64,000 nt of DNA from the human T2T-CHM13v2.0 reference genome, Homo sapiens: NCBI RefSeq assembly GCF_009914755.1, contig NC_060932.1. One strand, 5' to 3'. The position numbers and the translations under genes are program-made. Each line of letters begins with the position of its first letter. Position 1 is the first letter of the stretch. This document shows, one piece after another, positions 42,928 to 59,525 of the stretch. The notes under the pieces were generated by a model. That model was not told where the DNA came from. It saw nothing but the letters and a program-made list of their open reading frames with translations, and did no database searches.

Positions 42928-44500
42928 CTAAAAATGTCTCCATAGGCTACTGATACTCCTTCCACCATTTGGTTGTTTCAGTGCTTTTACCATGGAAGGG
43001 TTTATAGCATAAAAGAAGTCAAAAGCAGTCCTGAATAATGGGAACCCTTCTTTCAGCTTGTCTAATGTCAATTTGTTTTCTGGCACTACTTCTTTTATGT
43101 CTTCCTCATCATCTGGTGCTGGTTTGGAAGCACTCATCTCCATCAAGTCATCTTCCATCAACTTCTCTGGTGTGGTATCTACTAGCTCTTGAATTTCTCC
43201 AAGGATCATATCTTGAAACCCTTTCCCCCAACCTTTTCTGCCATGTCCACAATCTCTTTCGTGATTTCCATGATTGACTCTGTGGTAAATCCTGTAAAGT
43301 CATGCACAACATCTGGACATAATTTTGTCCAACAGGAATTTATTGTGTCAGGATTTGATGGCGTTCATAGCTTTTACTATAACGGTTATGGCATCTTCAA
43401 TATTGTAATTTGTTCACACTTAAATGATGTCCTCTCAATTGGGGCTCTCCCAATAGTGTTGACAATTCTCTCCATAGGGTACCATGTGTAATGATCCTTA
43501 AATATCCTAATGATTCCTGATCTAGAGACTGAATTAGAGACATTGTATTTGGGAGTACGTAGGCTACTTAGATACCTTTGTGTTGAATACATGGGGTTCT
43601 GGGTGTTCAGGAGCATTGTCCAGTATTAAAAGAACTTTAAAAGACAGTCTCTTACTGGCAGGGTACTTCCTGACTTCGGGGATAAAGCATCAGTGAAATA
43701 AATCCAAGAGGATTTTTGTTGTCCAGGCCTTCTTGTTATGTAACTCAAAGACTGGCAGCTGGTGTTTCCCTTTTCCTATCAAGGCTCAGGAGTTAGCAGC
43801 TTTAAAAATAAGGGCAATGCAAATTTTAAACTCAACTGCATTTGCACAAAACAGCACGGTTAGCGTATGACTCCTGCCTTAAGTCCTGGTACTTTCTTCT
43901 CTTCTTTACTAATAAATGTCCTAGGTGGTACTTTCTCCTCCAGACTAGAGCATTTACATTTGCATTAAAAACCTGTTCAGGTAGATATCCTTTCTCAATA
44001 ATTTTCTTAATGGCATCTAGATGCTTGTCTGCTGCCTCTTAGTTGGCAGAAGCTATTTCAGCTGTCATCTTGACATTTTTAAAGACAAATCACTTTCTAA
44101 AATTATCAAACCATCCTTTGCTGGCATTTAATTCTTTTTGCTCAAAGTATCATATAATGAATTTGCTTTGCTTTCTCTTGAATCTTGAATCTATAGGGGT
44201 GCCTTTCTTATAACAATTCTGTACCCACATAAAAGCTGCATTTTCAACATGAAATAAAAAGGTGTTTCACAAAAACTGCAGTGTTGTCGCACCTATTGGT
44301 GTAGCTGCGGAGATGACCTCACAAATTTTCTTTTCTTCTTTTTTTTTTTTTTTTACAATTATCCTTATGCTGAATTCAGTTATTTTGAAATGGATAGCAA
44401 CCACAGCTGGAGACCTCAATCTACGGTATGTATTAAGCAGCTCAACTTTTTCTTGTAATGGCATGACTTTTCTCTGATTCTTGGGAACACTCAACATCAC
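42928..44500 (-). pseudogene. Decayed Tigger2 transposase (CENP-B/pogo family)
   Basis: ORF fragments KNQRKVMPLQEKVELL...FSIRIIVK (CENP-B-type N-terminal HTH), GIIRIFKDHY (DDE region) and EIQELVDTTPEKLMEDDLMEM...LTLDKLKEGF (C-terminus). Broken by stops and frameshifts. Confidence 0.88.
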
Positions 44501-45149
44501 TAGTGGTGCTTTGAAAGTGTATGTATCCTGTGGTGTTATTCGAAGTTTATGGCATTGTACTAAACACAATGAAAAATACGCAAGAACCATGGGAGGTCAC
44601 TTTGTACTGTGATACCCAATTTACTGGAGAGATGAACTGCTCACACAAAGATGATTAGTTTCACATGATATTTTAAGTGTATGCTTGCAACACTTGAGCT
44701 CACTACAATAGCAACAGGAGGTGGCTACAAAGTTATTACAGTAATACAGTGTGGACTATAGTTAAATTTATGCAGTTATGATTTAATACTGTACCTTTTA
44801 AGTTTGTTTACATTTCTCTCAACTGAAAATGGCTCCATGTGTTATCTGTAAGTGTTTGTGTGCATAAATTTTGATAAATGTTAACTTTTTACAATAGATT
44901 TTATGGTAGTAATTGCTAAAATGGATTAGTATCTCTATATACTTTGTGCGTTAATGACATCTTTTTCTTAAGTTGTACAATATTTCTTAATTTTTAAAAT
45001 ACATGGTTCATCTGCAAGTTTTTTTCAAATTGTTGCAAATCTTCAAAAAAATTTTCCAACATATTTTTTGAAAAACATCTGCATATAAGTGGACTCACAC
45101 AGCTCAGGCCTGTGTTGTTCAAGGGTCAACCATGTTTTATTTCATTTTT

Positions 45150-46410
<1,261 letters not shown>

Positions 46411-49189
46411 AATTTATTTTAAAATATATTGGTTGATTACATTCTGTGGCCAAAATAAATATATCACCCCTCTCCCTTATACACAACACCACTCATTGTA
46501 CTGTGATACCCATATTTTTATCCTACATTCTAAGGGCAGTCAACAAATAATGCCATGCCAATTTGCAATATTTAAAGTCAGCCACATAATAATATTGATA
46601 GTAACAGATTTCTTAAAGTTGAAAATCCTAAATATAAAATCACTTCAGCTCAGAACATTTACGCAAAACAAATTTTATAAGTCATGGGAGAAACAGATGT
46701 CTAGATGAAGCTCTTCAGTGGAAAACTTATGTTTGCCTTCATTGAGTACCACAGGGTTCACCTCAGCTAACGTGGTGAAGTGTGTTTATAAGCACTTCTA
46801 TTTGGGCACTTTTTTCCTGACACCTCCCTCAATCATAAGTGTTTTATATCTCTCACTTTCCTTTTCTGCTTAGCAAAAAATCCTCATAGCTAGTCACACA
46901 AAGAATTCTTGGTTATTGGATTAATTATTAAAGACAACTGTTCTGAATTGTAGCCTGAAAAAGCCTTTCCTATTTTTTCAATAAATTACAGGCATCTACG
47001 TATCAGAAAATATTTGAGTAGAAGGGTGAAGAGGCCTCTGAAATGATGTCGTGACCAACTGCTTGGACCTTTATTTCCCATGATTTGAGTAGCAGAGGAT
47101 AGAAATATTTAAATGATGGAATCACATCTATTGATGATATTGTTCCCCTTTGTAGGTTGGCTGAGGCTACATCAGGAAGCTAAGGAGCCAAAGGAACCTA
47201 GAATTCACTTCAGCAGCTCTCTGGTCTTTACACTAGGACACAGGCCCAGCCTTTTCTTTGCTACCTGTAATCTGAATCCCTTCCTAACTATGTTAGAAGA
47301 CTTGTTGGTGAGGGTGTGTAGATAAAGTTCTGGTGTTTGCTGCCTCGGGATTTAATACATTATAAATGTGACAGGTGTGAATTGTGTTCCCTAACGCTCA
47401 GATGTAAGATGTTATGATTTTTTTTTTTAATTTTGGCAAGCTTAATAAGGCTCCATATCTACAGTCAGCAGGTTGTTAAAAATACTAAAACCCCAAACTC
47501 ACTAATTTGACAGCATTCCACGACTTCCATTAAGCGGGGCCACAAATTGGGAGGTTTCTTTGGTGTCTAGAACAGAGAACAGGACCTGGCCTTTAGTCAG
47601 TAGCATTCCTCTCTGTCTTCACAGTCAGTACTGGTGATATTTCTGGTCAGTCTCAGGCTTCACATAGGGCTTCCTCTTGCAGGAGTCCTGTCTGCAGACT
47701 ATGAGCTTCCCCTGCTCACCCACAGGGACTTCCTCTGCTGCTCTGAATATGCAAGTCCTGGGAGCAGCAGCTGAATGTGTAGAACTCTGTCCCAATGATC
47801 TGGACTCTGCACACCAGTAGGATCCAGGACTCTGTTACTCACAGAAACACCCCCATAATCCCTGGCTCTTTCCAAGTTTAAGGGAAGTCAACTTTTCCTC
47901 CTCAATTTACCCACTCCAGTTTTCTCCCACTCTTAAGCATACCCTATCCACTTCACCCCTAAACTTTGGCTCTGAGCCTCTTTTTGTGTTTTTATAAACA
48001 ACTGTGTTTAGTTCTACTTCAGAAAAGAGAAGGTCCATTTTTCTTGGATTCAGAGGCTTAGGTACTCTCTTGAATGTGTGTGTTGGAGATGGGGGATGGG
48101 CAAGGCTCCTTTGACACTTTAACAAAACACAATTTAATGTCTCAGTATATTGTACTGTCACCACCTGACTCTTTGTCAGAATAGAGATTGATTACTTAGG
48201 CTTTTAATATTTTTGATTGTTGTAGGTTTTTTTTTTTTTTTTTTTTTGGATACTGCAAGGCGGGGAGAAGGGCTGATAAAGTATGTGTATGTTGAGTAGG
48301 GCCCAAACATATGTGTTCAATAGCAGTAGAGTTGCACAATATCCTAAGAAAGTAAAGCAAGGAAAATAGAGCAAAATTCCACATAATGTGAAGAGGAAAA
48401 TTGTTGGAAGGATATATACTTGGCAGTACTGAATTTAAGTATTGGCATTTGCCCTTTCAAAATGTGCTTATTAAGAGGAGTGGTACTTGAACATTAACAA
48501 AGTGATTAGGTTAGAAGAAACATGTGAAACAGAAGCATGCTTTTGAATAAAGGGTAATGTTATTTTTATGTATTGTTTATTCATTTTTTGTTTATTTCAA
48601 AATTGGTACACCTGCAGTACTGGAGCTTCAAAGACAATGTCTCCACTGTCAATGATTAAACACTTGTGCAAGGGAGTCAGATATGCCTGGTGCTGATAAT
48701 ACCATGGTGGGTTCAGTGCAGTCAGGATGGTGTGAATGAAGAACTTCTAGAACACTAAGGAATATGTAAAATATACCCTTCTTCTGAGGAAGTAGAGTTG
48801 ACATTTGAGCTTGAAGGACCAATTGGAATAAGGTTTCCGAAATATGTTATGATGGGTGGGAGTGTGGAATTGCAAGCAAAGCAAAGAGTGTGACCAAACT
48901 GGCAACGTTGGAAACTGATCATAGACTGTTTGAGGAATGGCAGGTCCCCTGATAAAAGCAGTGCCAGGAGAGAGTTGCTAAGCCTGGAAAGAGCCTTGCA
49001 AGAGTATTCAAAGAATAAGGGCTTTGTTTCACAGGCAGTGAGGAACTGTCGTCATCCTTAAGCTGGACAGTGATGTGTTCAGACTGCTGGGTCTATTCTT
49101 CCTCCGTTCTTTCCTTCCTTTCTTCCCTCTTGATGATTTCCATGCTTTGTGGAGGTTGTGTTAGAGTAAAAATAAAAAATACATAAAGC

Positions 49190-50980
<1,791 letters not shown>

Positions 50981-51385
50981 TGTTAAGAGCTTTAGACCAA
51001 TTTCACAGAGGTTAGCTAAGCAAAACCAATTCATCAATCAGGCAGCACTCAAAACCAGAAGAGGTTTAAAGAGCTCCATCCAGTAACCTGAGTAGCAAGC
51101 TATTACAAGCTGAACGTGGAAGCAAGGTAGAGAAATCATCTGATTAGTTACAGCTAGGTGTTTGCCTTACTTCGGCATGGTAGGCTGAGGTATTTCTGTT
51201 ATTTAGCATAGCGTATTGAGTTGGCTGCCTCTGATTGGCTGAAATATGGCTGTTACAAAAACTATACTACCAAATTACGTTTTGGTTTGTTTGCATTCTT
51301 AGGTTAGGTTGTTGCAGTTTGTTACATAGGAACGTTAAGTACAGAGGCAGCCTCAAACAAATGGCCTCCTTCTTATATAATTTAC
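50981..51385 (-). mobile_element. ERV1 LTR (MER31/MER67 class)
   Basis: aattcatcaatcaggcagcactc...ctgattggctga...gttaggttg..gcagtttgttacatagg...gaggcagcctc...atggcctcc. Family recalled from consensus. Confidence 0.75.
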
Positions 51386-52535
51386 TATAAATAAACACTT
51401 GAATAGAAGAATGGGGAGAGGGAACTTTTTTTGTTTTCACGGAATTTGATTTAAAAATGTAAAAAGAATGAAGGAAATGGAAAATCTCTTGGGTAAATAA
51501 TACAGTAATTATTGACGCAGGCAGGATGTACAGGAACTCTTGATGCAAAGTAAGTCTAAAATTATTCGACACGGACAGAGAGAGAGAATGAGAGAGAACA
51601 AACCTGGGAGATGAATTGTGAAATTTGGCAATGGCGAGGCCATGAGTTAGAGCAATGTAAAATTTTATGCCTGATAAAATGGGATTAGAGGTGCTGGGGG
51701 AAGGAGGGAGGAAGAAGGGATAGAATTGGATCTGTTAATCCACTTTGGATAAATTCAACAGCTTACCCTTATATTTGAAATATTTATTTAGCATTGAGCA
51801 GCTCAGTGGTGCCAGTGACTTTGAAGGAATGAGAGAAGCTCTGACTCTCCAAATTGAGATGGGCTGAGAGCCAAATCTGGAAAATCCTTTCATGGGAGAA
51901 ATTCAATCTCTCCACTATTTCCTTTTGTTAGGATTCTGGATGTCTCCCTTGTTATAAAAGGAGAGGGCTAAACCAAATACAACTGAAAAATGATGCAACA
52001 AAATGACCTTATCACCAAACGAGAGCATCGCAGGGCACTCCATGGTTTCTTTTCCTCAGATGCTGTGCTTCACCAGGGCTTTTAGACGATTTTAGAAAGC
52101 TGTTTTAGAGAACCTTCCTTCTGTGACCAGCTGTAATAAGGGTTGGGTTGTGCACGCAAGTGCACATGATAGACCAAAGAGAGTAGGGATTTTGACTGGA
52201 TGCTGTCTGAAGGCACAACAGAAAATGAGTTAAATTTCTTTTAAAAAAATCTTTTAATTTTTTGGAGAACACATTAAAGCATTTGTGAAGATCTTGTATT
52301 GCAAAGTATTAAAGAGAAAAGAAAAACTTACGGTATAGGTAATAGATTTGATATACATTTGGACTTTAAGGTATTAAATATTGCACAAGATAAGTATGCC
52401 ATCCTCTGTTAGATAAAACAGTCTTAATAAAAGTGACCACTAATACTTTATATGTATACATTTTAATGTTTATAAAACCCTACAATGTAGTTAATATCCT
52501 TGCATTTTACAAATAAGGAATCAAACGTTTGGAGA

Positions 52536-53078
52536 AGCATTATCTGATAGAAACATGCAAGTCACAAATTTGAGTTATGTATATAAGTTAAGTTTTTTGC
52601 AGCCACAATAAAAAAGAGAAAAAGAAACAGGGGAAAGTAATTTTAAATATATATGTTATTCAACTCAATTCATCCAATATAATATTATGTCAACATATAA
52701 TCAATATCAAACATTATTAATGAGGTATTTTTCTTTTTTTAATATACTAAGTCTTTGAAATCAGTGCCTATTTCTACATAGAGCACATCTCAATTTGGAT
52801 GCTAAATTTTCACTGGAAATACTTATTTGATCTGCATTACAATTTTATAAAATGTTTAGTTGAAATAATAGGTTTATAGACCCAAAGTATTCCAACATGC
52901 CTAAAAGTTTTTCCAATAATTAAAGGATCTACTTTTAAATTTTAATTTTATTTAATTGAAACAGAATAAAATGTATAATTCAGCTTCCCAGTCACAGTAG
53001 CCACATTTCAAGTGTTCAGTAGAATACATGGCTAATACATGGCTAATATTCAGTAGAATACATGGCTAAACAGTGTAG
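52536..53078. mobile_element. MER33/Charlie5-type hAT element inserted in a MIR
   Basis: ctaagtctttgaaatc...agcacatctcaatttgga...agtcacagtagccacatttcaagtg. MIR-like flanks at 52440-52535 and 53090-53170. Confidence 0.75.
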
Positions 53079-54744
53079 GTTTAGATAATTAGAATTAATT
53101 ACTCAAAGGCTTAGAGCTCATAAGTGCTGGAACCAACATTTAAATCTGAGTTAACTCAGAATTTCATGATTTTATCTCTAACTTCTGGTATAAAAATTCT
53201 GTTGCGTAGCAGAAGTTGTGTAGTAATGAGAGTTTACTTAGTTGGATACATTCTCTCCTCTGCTTTTTGATAATTGTACTGAAGTTAATGGGCTCGAATG
53301 CCTAAAATCAATTGTCCACTGTGAGGCAGCTTGTTTATGGGTTTTGAAGAGGAGGCAGGCCTTCTGAGAGCAGCAAGCACACTTCACAGGCAACAATGCT
53401 AATGTAGTTCTTAGTTAATCTTAGTCATTACCACAACAAAATGAGGACATGTAAATGATCAGCTAAAGCCATTTTACTCAGGAGGCTTGTGCAGTTTACT
53501 CAGGTTCTCTAGTTGTATTTTATAAACAGTCTAAGTTGTTTATCCTTGTCATGGTGCTTTTAATTTTGTTTTGTATGTTTTGGAGCTCCTCCATGTTAAA
53601 AAAACAAAGGCTATTAGACTGCATTTCTCAAAGGGACTCACGTGGATCTCTCCATGAGATTTGACTTCTAAAACAAAGAAAGTCTTGACAGAATCCCTTG
53701 ATTGGCAGGAAAAATTGCCCTGGACTTGGTTTTTTTTTCCTTAAGTGTCACAAGAGAATCATTTTCATATTTCACATATTTCACTAATAATATATTCTAA
53801 ACCCCACAAACACACTGGTTTGATTTCTCAATAATGGCCTCTCTGATACAGACATGGTTCTCAGGGAAGATATTTACTTGCTGTTGATTTGCATTTTTGA
53901 CAGCACATTTTACTCTACTTAGGAAAAAAAAAGTGTTAGGCAATATCTGTTGATGAAAGAAGAAAACCCGTTTCTTGACTTTGACCATTCTTTAGATGGC
54001 GGAATGTTGTTTTTGTATGGGGGGAGGAAAAGAGGAAAAAAAATTGAATGACATGCCAGCAATTTTAGTTAATTTCATAATAACTTAATCTATGTCAGAC
54101 AAAGTAAAATGAATCACAACCTAAAAGGAAATGACTTTTTAATGAAAATTGTTCAGACGTGTCATTTATGCTGTAAGTGCACAAGCGTGTGTATGCGTGC
54201 ATGTGTGTGTTTTCCTATTCCAGACAGAAAAGCTGCTAAACAGAAAAAAAAGAAGAGTGAATATTAAAAGACTGTAATAATTTTGTAAGCCAGTGTTATG
54301 TTTTTCTCTTTCGTTTTCTATATGAAATGTTGGATGCAGATTATATGGGATAAAATAATTGTTCTCTCTCTGAACTATAGTCACAGTGTGACCTATTGGG
54401 TTTGCTCTATTTACTGTGTCTGCAGCATAATTATTAAGACTTAGCTGCTCTCCCAAATAGTTACAGATGTGGGAGAAAAATAAATTACTTTTGCATGCTA
54501 GCCCTGGAAGTCGTGCTGTTGTAATATAATGTAATCAGCTATGAACAAAAGGAAGTTATTATATTCATTTATATTAGTTTGAAAGCCTCAGAAATGTATT
54601 ATATTATTTTAGGCTGAAGAATTGAAGCAGTGCCATTGATGATTTTTTTCCATGATCATCCAGCTTTACTCTGAAGGTCATCCTCATGAAATGGCAATAA
54701 TTTCAACCTTATCATTTTAAGAAATAAGCAAATTATGATAGCTG

Positions 54745-54990
54745 TCATCAAATATTTGAAAACATATGAAAGAGAGGTTATATTTGTTCTATGTGACTCC
54801 AAGTGAGAAGTAGGATGGATAGACGTAAGTGACAAGACAAATTTTAATTGAATATAAATGAAGAAATAACCACGGTCAGAACTATCTTAAAATAGCATGG
54901 AATTCTTTTAGAGTTGGTAAGTTCTCAGTGGCTTATGTCCCACCAGTAGGTCCCTTCCCTTTAAGTCCAGAGATTCTCTAAAATTAAATA
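54745..54990 (+). mobile_element. L3/CR1 LINE fragment
   Basis: Degenerate CR1 3' text (tttgttctatgtgactcca...aatataaatgaagaa...tcagaactatc...gagttggtaagttctc). Confidence 0.55.
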
Positions 54991-55143
54991 GATGGGGTTC
55001 AAAAAACAGAGAGACCATCTAAAGTCCTTTATATTCCAACCCAGACACCCAGGAAATCACCCCTCTGGAGGAAGCCTGGGTTTTTAGTAAAATACCATAG
55101 AATTGTGTGTGAGCCACTTAGATACCAAGACTTTTGGGCGAAA

Positions 55144-55569
55144 TTCCTTTCTTTTCTTTTTTCTTCTCTTCCTTCCTTTCTTTCTCTTTCTTTCTTTCTC
55201 TTTCTTTCTTTCTTTCTTTCTTTCATTTCTTTCTTTCTTTCTTTCTTTCTTTCTTTTTCTTTCTCTCTCTCTCTTCTTTCTTTCTTTTCTTTCTCTTTTT
55301 CTTTTCTTTCCCTCTTTCTTTTCTTCCTCCCTCCCTGCCTGACTCCCTCTCTTTCTCTTTTCTCTTTCTTTCTCTCTTTTTCTTTCTTTCTTCCTCCCTC
55401 CATCACTCTCTGCCTCTTTCTTTCTTTCTCTCTTTTCTTTCTTTCTCTCTTTTTCTTTCTTCCTCCCTCCCTTCTTCCCTCCCCCTCCCTCCCCCTCCCT
55501 CCCTCTTTCTTTCTTTCTTTCTTTTTCTCTCTTTCTTTTTCTTTCATTCTTTTCTCTCTCTCTCTCTCT
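55144..55569. repeat. Compound (CTTT/CT/CCCT)n polypyrimidine tract, about 425 bp
   Basis: Almost exclusively C/T on the plus strand. Source of the K/E/R-rich and F/S/L-rich pseudo-ORFs. Confidence 0.97.
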
Positions 55570-55845
55570 GATGTTTTTTCTTCTTACCAATATATAAATG
55601 ATACTTTTTCTGCTTACCACACAGAAATATGATTAGGATAATATGGCTTTCTGTGAGATAAATTAATCCATTTGCTAAACTTGATGTAAGTAAACAACAC
55701 TGCAATAGAAGGATAGCTAAGTGTTTTGTTCTTCACCTGAAATGTGAAAAGAATAAGGGGAATTTGTCTTAAACTATACAGAAGACTGAATAAATGATTT
55801 GAGGTATATGAAAAAATGTAAAATTAGGAACATTGGAATCGGCGA

Positions 55846-55874
55846 TGTGTGTGTGTGTGTGCACGTGTGTGTGT
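55846..55874. repeat. (TG)n microsatellite, interrupted
   Basis: Visible TG run. Confidence 0.9.
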
Positions 55875-56647
55875 CCTCTGATGAGATGGCTTCAATATGT
55901 TCTCACCTAATGGAATTTGCTTAAAAATATCCACTGAGGTTTTTTTGTTTAACAGTTTCTCAAGATTATCAATTATATTTTTAGGTTAAAATATAATTTT
56001 ATAAGCATAATTGTAGTCATTTTTAAAGGGAGAGATGCTTTTAACTTGTTAGGACTTTTAGCCAGTCCTAACATGTTAAAATTTTTCTGTGGTTTTGCCT
56101 GAATACTATGAAGACTACTTATTTACAGAAAAAGAGAGTGAACAAGAGAGAGCAGTCTATACTGCCTAAAAGTGATATTTTGAGTGAACTTTATTTTTAT
56201 CTCGAAATCTTTAGTGAAATATTAGTAACTGTTGGTTACTAACCAGTTCATGTATTAGCTATTTCAGGAAGGTGATTACTTTAGATTTACATTGGGAATT
56301 AGAGAATAAAGGCCTTCTGTAATAAAATCATCACCATCATGAATTGTCTCCAAAATTTTACATTGAAGATGTTCATATGGAGTATCTGCTTAAGTTGGAA
56401 TACACTTCTTGGATGGCTAGACATTTTTCTATGCCTACATTTCCATTTCTGTTTGGAATAGTTCAAAATGGTTTAACTAAAAATTTGATCCATCATTGAT
56501 AGATCAGATTCATGCTGTTTCATTGTTATTTTTCTTGTTGTATTTAGTTTGTCATTTGAGATTTCCAGTTTGAGCTATTTGTCAAATCTCAAATTTCGTC
56601 AGCACAAATGTATTCACAATTGTGAAAATTACAATGATGGTCTATCC

Positions 56648-56869
56648 CACAGTATCCAATCTTTTGGCTTCCCTGGGCTACATTAGAAGAAGAATTGTCT
56701 TGGGCCACACATGAAATACACTAACACTACTGATAGCTGATGAGCTAAAAAAGAAAAAAAAATTACAAAAAATCTCATGTTTTAAGAAAGTTTACGAATT
56801 TTTGTTGGGCTCTGTTCAAAGCTGTCCTGAACTGCATGTGGTCCATGGGCCGCAGGTTGGACCAGCTTG
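56648..56869 (+). mobile_element. MER30 hAT-Charlie MITE
   Basis: tccaatcttttggcttccctggg...gaagaagaattgtcttgggccacac...ggccgcaggttggaccagcttg. 8-bp TSD gtctatcc/gcctatcc. Confidence 0.92.
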
Positions 56870-56968
56870 GCCTATCCCATAAGATAACTTAGAATTCAAG
56901 AACAGAACTTAACTTTGAGGTCAATAATGTCTTCGTAGTGACTCATTACTACTTTTTACTGATTACAG

Positions 56969-57040
56969 GTCATCTAGACAAGAGTCCTTATCTGCCTGAT
57001 GTTTTCTGATCTAGATTTTGTACTTTGTTGAGGGGCCTAG
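56969..57040 (+). other. Candidate non-coding exon (72 nt)
   Basis: Acceptor actttttactgattacag and donor TAG|gtgagg. Stops in all three frames. Confidence 0.3.
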
Positions 57041-57740
57041 GTGAGGAGGCATTATTAGTCTAAGCAGCAGATATTAAGTATTATACGACATGGTTCAGAC
57101 AACTGCTGTTTGACTGGTACTAGTTACTAATGGGACAGTGAGAAGACCTAAAAGTTTTTCTTTGGTTAAGTGAGGAGAGGCTCAAGAAAGAGTTAGCAGG
57201 GATGGACAGGGGAAAAGGGAAGCCTGAGTTAGTGGAAAATAATTTAAATTGCCTTAGATTTAATTGATAGAGTTTGCAATAGAAAGGAAAGGCAGGCAAT
57301 GCATGGTCACTTGCAGTGAACCTGGTTTAATTAACCTCGCATTTCCACTAGTGCAGTCTTTTGGGTAGGTGAGGGGAAAATGCTGTGGGATAGAATTGAC
57401 CTTGCCTTCCTACACATGCATATGGAAATGCCACGCAGGAACTTTACAGTTAATATTGATTCAATGTCAGAAGCACAACATTGATTGCAATGGAAAAGAC
57501 TGTTGGGGGGAAACTTCTGAAATTTTCATTTGGAATGTGTGAAAGTGCAAGCCCTAATTATTGGCATATGTGGCGATATTGAGGGTATGCACTCAGGCCT
57601 GTGATAATCGACTTCTCATTTGCTATAGAGGCAACTTTTTCATACCAGTTTGATTATGCTTTATATATTTCTTACTAAGAAGAAGGAAATGCTTGCTATA
57701 TAACCAAAAGAGATTCCTATTTTAAGACTTTTCTATGTCA

Positions 57741-57743
<3 letters not shown>

Positions 57744-57770
<27 letters not shown>
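57744..57770. repeat. (TG)13 microsatellite
   Basis: Pure TG run. Confidence 0.95.
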
Positions 57771-57771
<1 letters not shown>

Positions 57772-59331
57772 TCTGTAAATATAATCTTAGAGGTGGCAGC
57801 CTTTATTTTAACACATGATATTTGTGTACCATGGGTTTCTGTCAAGGAGGTATTCTGTCAGCAAGTAATTAACAAGGCCTTACATTGAGTAGGTATGACC
57901 AAATTCTCATGGGTTACTATAATGCTACAATCTCATCTGGGATTCCATTTTGTGCCTGGAATCCAAGGACACTCTTACCTTGAAACTATAGATATGAACA
58001 GGTTTCATGACCACAGTCCTGGGTTAACCACTACCCCAGGGAAGTCCAATTAACAAATTTATTCATTTGGGCCCTATTACACTTCTCCTGTCAACTCTAA
58101 TTACTTATTTTTGAAATAAAAACTTTGACCTTCACAATGGTCCCCAGTGCCGTTCAGTGAATGATAATCTGTTTGAATCTCTTCAGCTTTATTAGAATTT
58201 CACAGGTCTGCCATCTGGTAGTAGGAACCAAAGCTCGATCAATATTTATACATACAAAATGACACTTCCTGAGAAGGGATGGTTTCCATGCATGGTCCAT
58301 GTTTATACTAGAATTACAAACACAGCCATGACTTGTGAATCAATAATGATTATTCCTTTATTAAGAAAACTGAGACTTTAAGCACCTGTAAGCCTTTTTG
58401 TTTCAACTGTTATTGACTATCTTTCAAAAATGCATTAATACATTTGCTTGCCATGGTAAATTCTGTAAATTGAAAAAAAAAATTATGATTATTCCATGCC
58501 ATGGATGTTTTAGTCTTTAACAGGGAAGAATCATCATGCTATGAAACTTAGAGGACATGAAGCTTGTGTCAACTGGTAAAAGGGAGGAGAGAGCCAGGCT
58601 GGCTAGATAGGGGTGGTGATTTTAAGACCATTGCTTACCATTTGCCTTTTACCTGGTGCCTTCCAGAAAAATTGTTTTCCATAAAAACACTGGCTGAGGG
58701 TCGATCCCTAATCAGCTGGGCTCTCATTCTTCCTCATGAACAATTCTGGGACCTTCAAACACTTGTGAAATGCCCCCACATTTTTTTTGTTATCACCAAG
58801 CAATGATGATGCCTATTTCAACCTGTAGACTGGGAAACTGAAGTGTGACTCAGATTAATAACAGTGCTACCAAAAGTCATATATTTGCAAAACAGAAGGC
58901 ACTGCAGTGATTTCTAGCCCTACTTCCCCTGTTGCAGGTGCAACACTGAGGTACAGGAGAGTTAAGCCCCGCATTAGTTGCCATAGTCACATCATCATTT
59001 GCTCAGGGATAACACCCAGAATCATTGTGTATCCTATGTCTCTCTCATGGCTCATGCAAGTTCTTCTCAGGATTTGTGGGTCTTTGACTATGTTAACTGG
59101 GAAATATGTGTCTGGATGTCCTTGGTTAATGTGAATATTAGTTAAGTGTAAGTCTCCTTTGAAACAAGCCAAGAACACTAAAATTAAATATCAATCCCAA
59201 AGGTTAGTTGTGGATAGTTGTTATTATTAGCTTTCAAACATTATTTGTTCTAGGCTGAAATACCAGAATTCCTATGAACCATTTCTCTCACATTTTTTTT
59301 CATTGCAAGTTACTGTTTATTACCTAGTAAT

Positions 59332-59525
59332 GTAGAGTCTTCTCAAGCTTTAAAAGATGTAAGCCTCTCATAGGGAACTTATTTAAAATGCAGATTCCAA
59401 GGTTCTATCTCCCAGAAATTGCTATTCACTAGTTCTGGGATAGGGCCCAAATAATTGCATGTTAAGCAAGAATTCCAGGCAATCCTGTTACAGATAATCA
59501 AAACAATTGTGAGAATCTTCAACCT
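59332..59525. mobile_element. MER5-type hAT MITE
   Basis: ttaaaatgcagattcc...ctgggatagggccca...ttgcatgttaagcaag...ccaggcaatcct. Confidence 0.7.

Noticed and set aside
54635-54675. TGATGA...CTGA pair resembling snoRNA C/D boxes
   Set aside because: Only about 40 nt apart, no convincing terminal stem, no recognised rRNA antisense element.
55029-55632. 170-180 aa K/E/R-rich and F/S/L-rich ORFs
   Set aside because: Artefacts of the CT-rich simple repeat, which lacks stop codons.
58205-58222. CTCF-like CTACCAGATGGCAG on the minus strand
   Set aside because: Isolated partial match with a core mismatch. Expected by chance in 64 kb.
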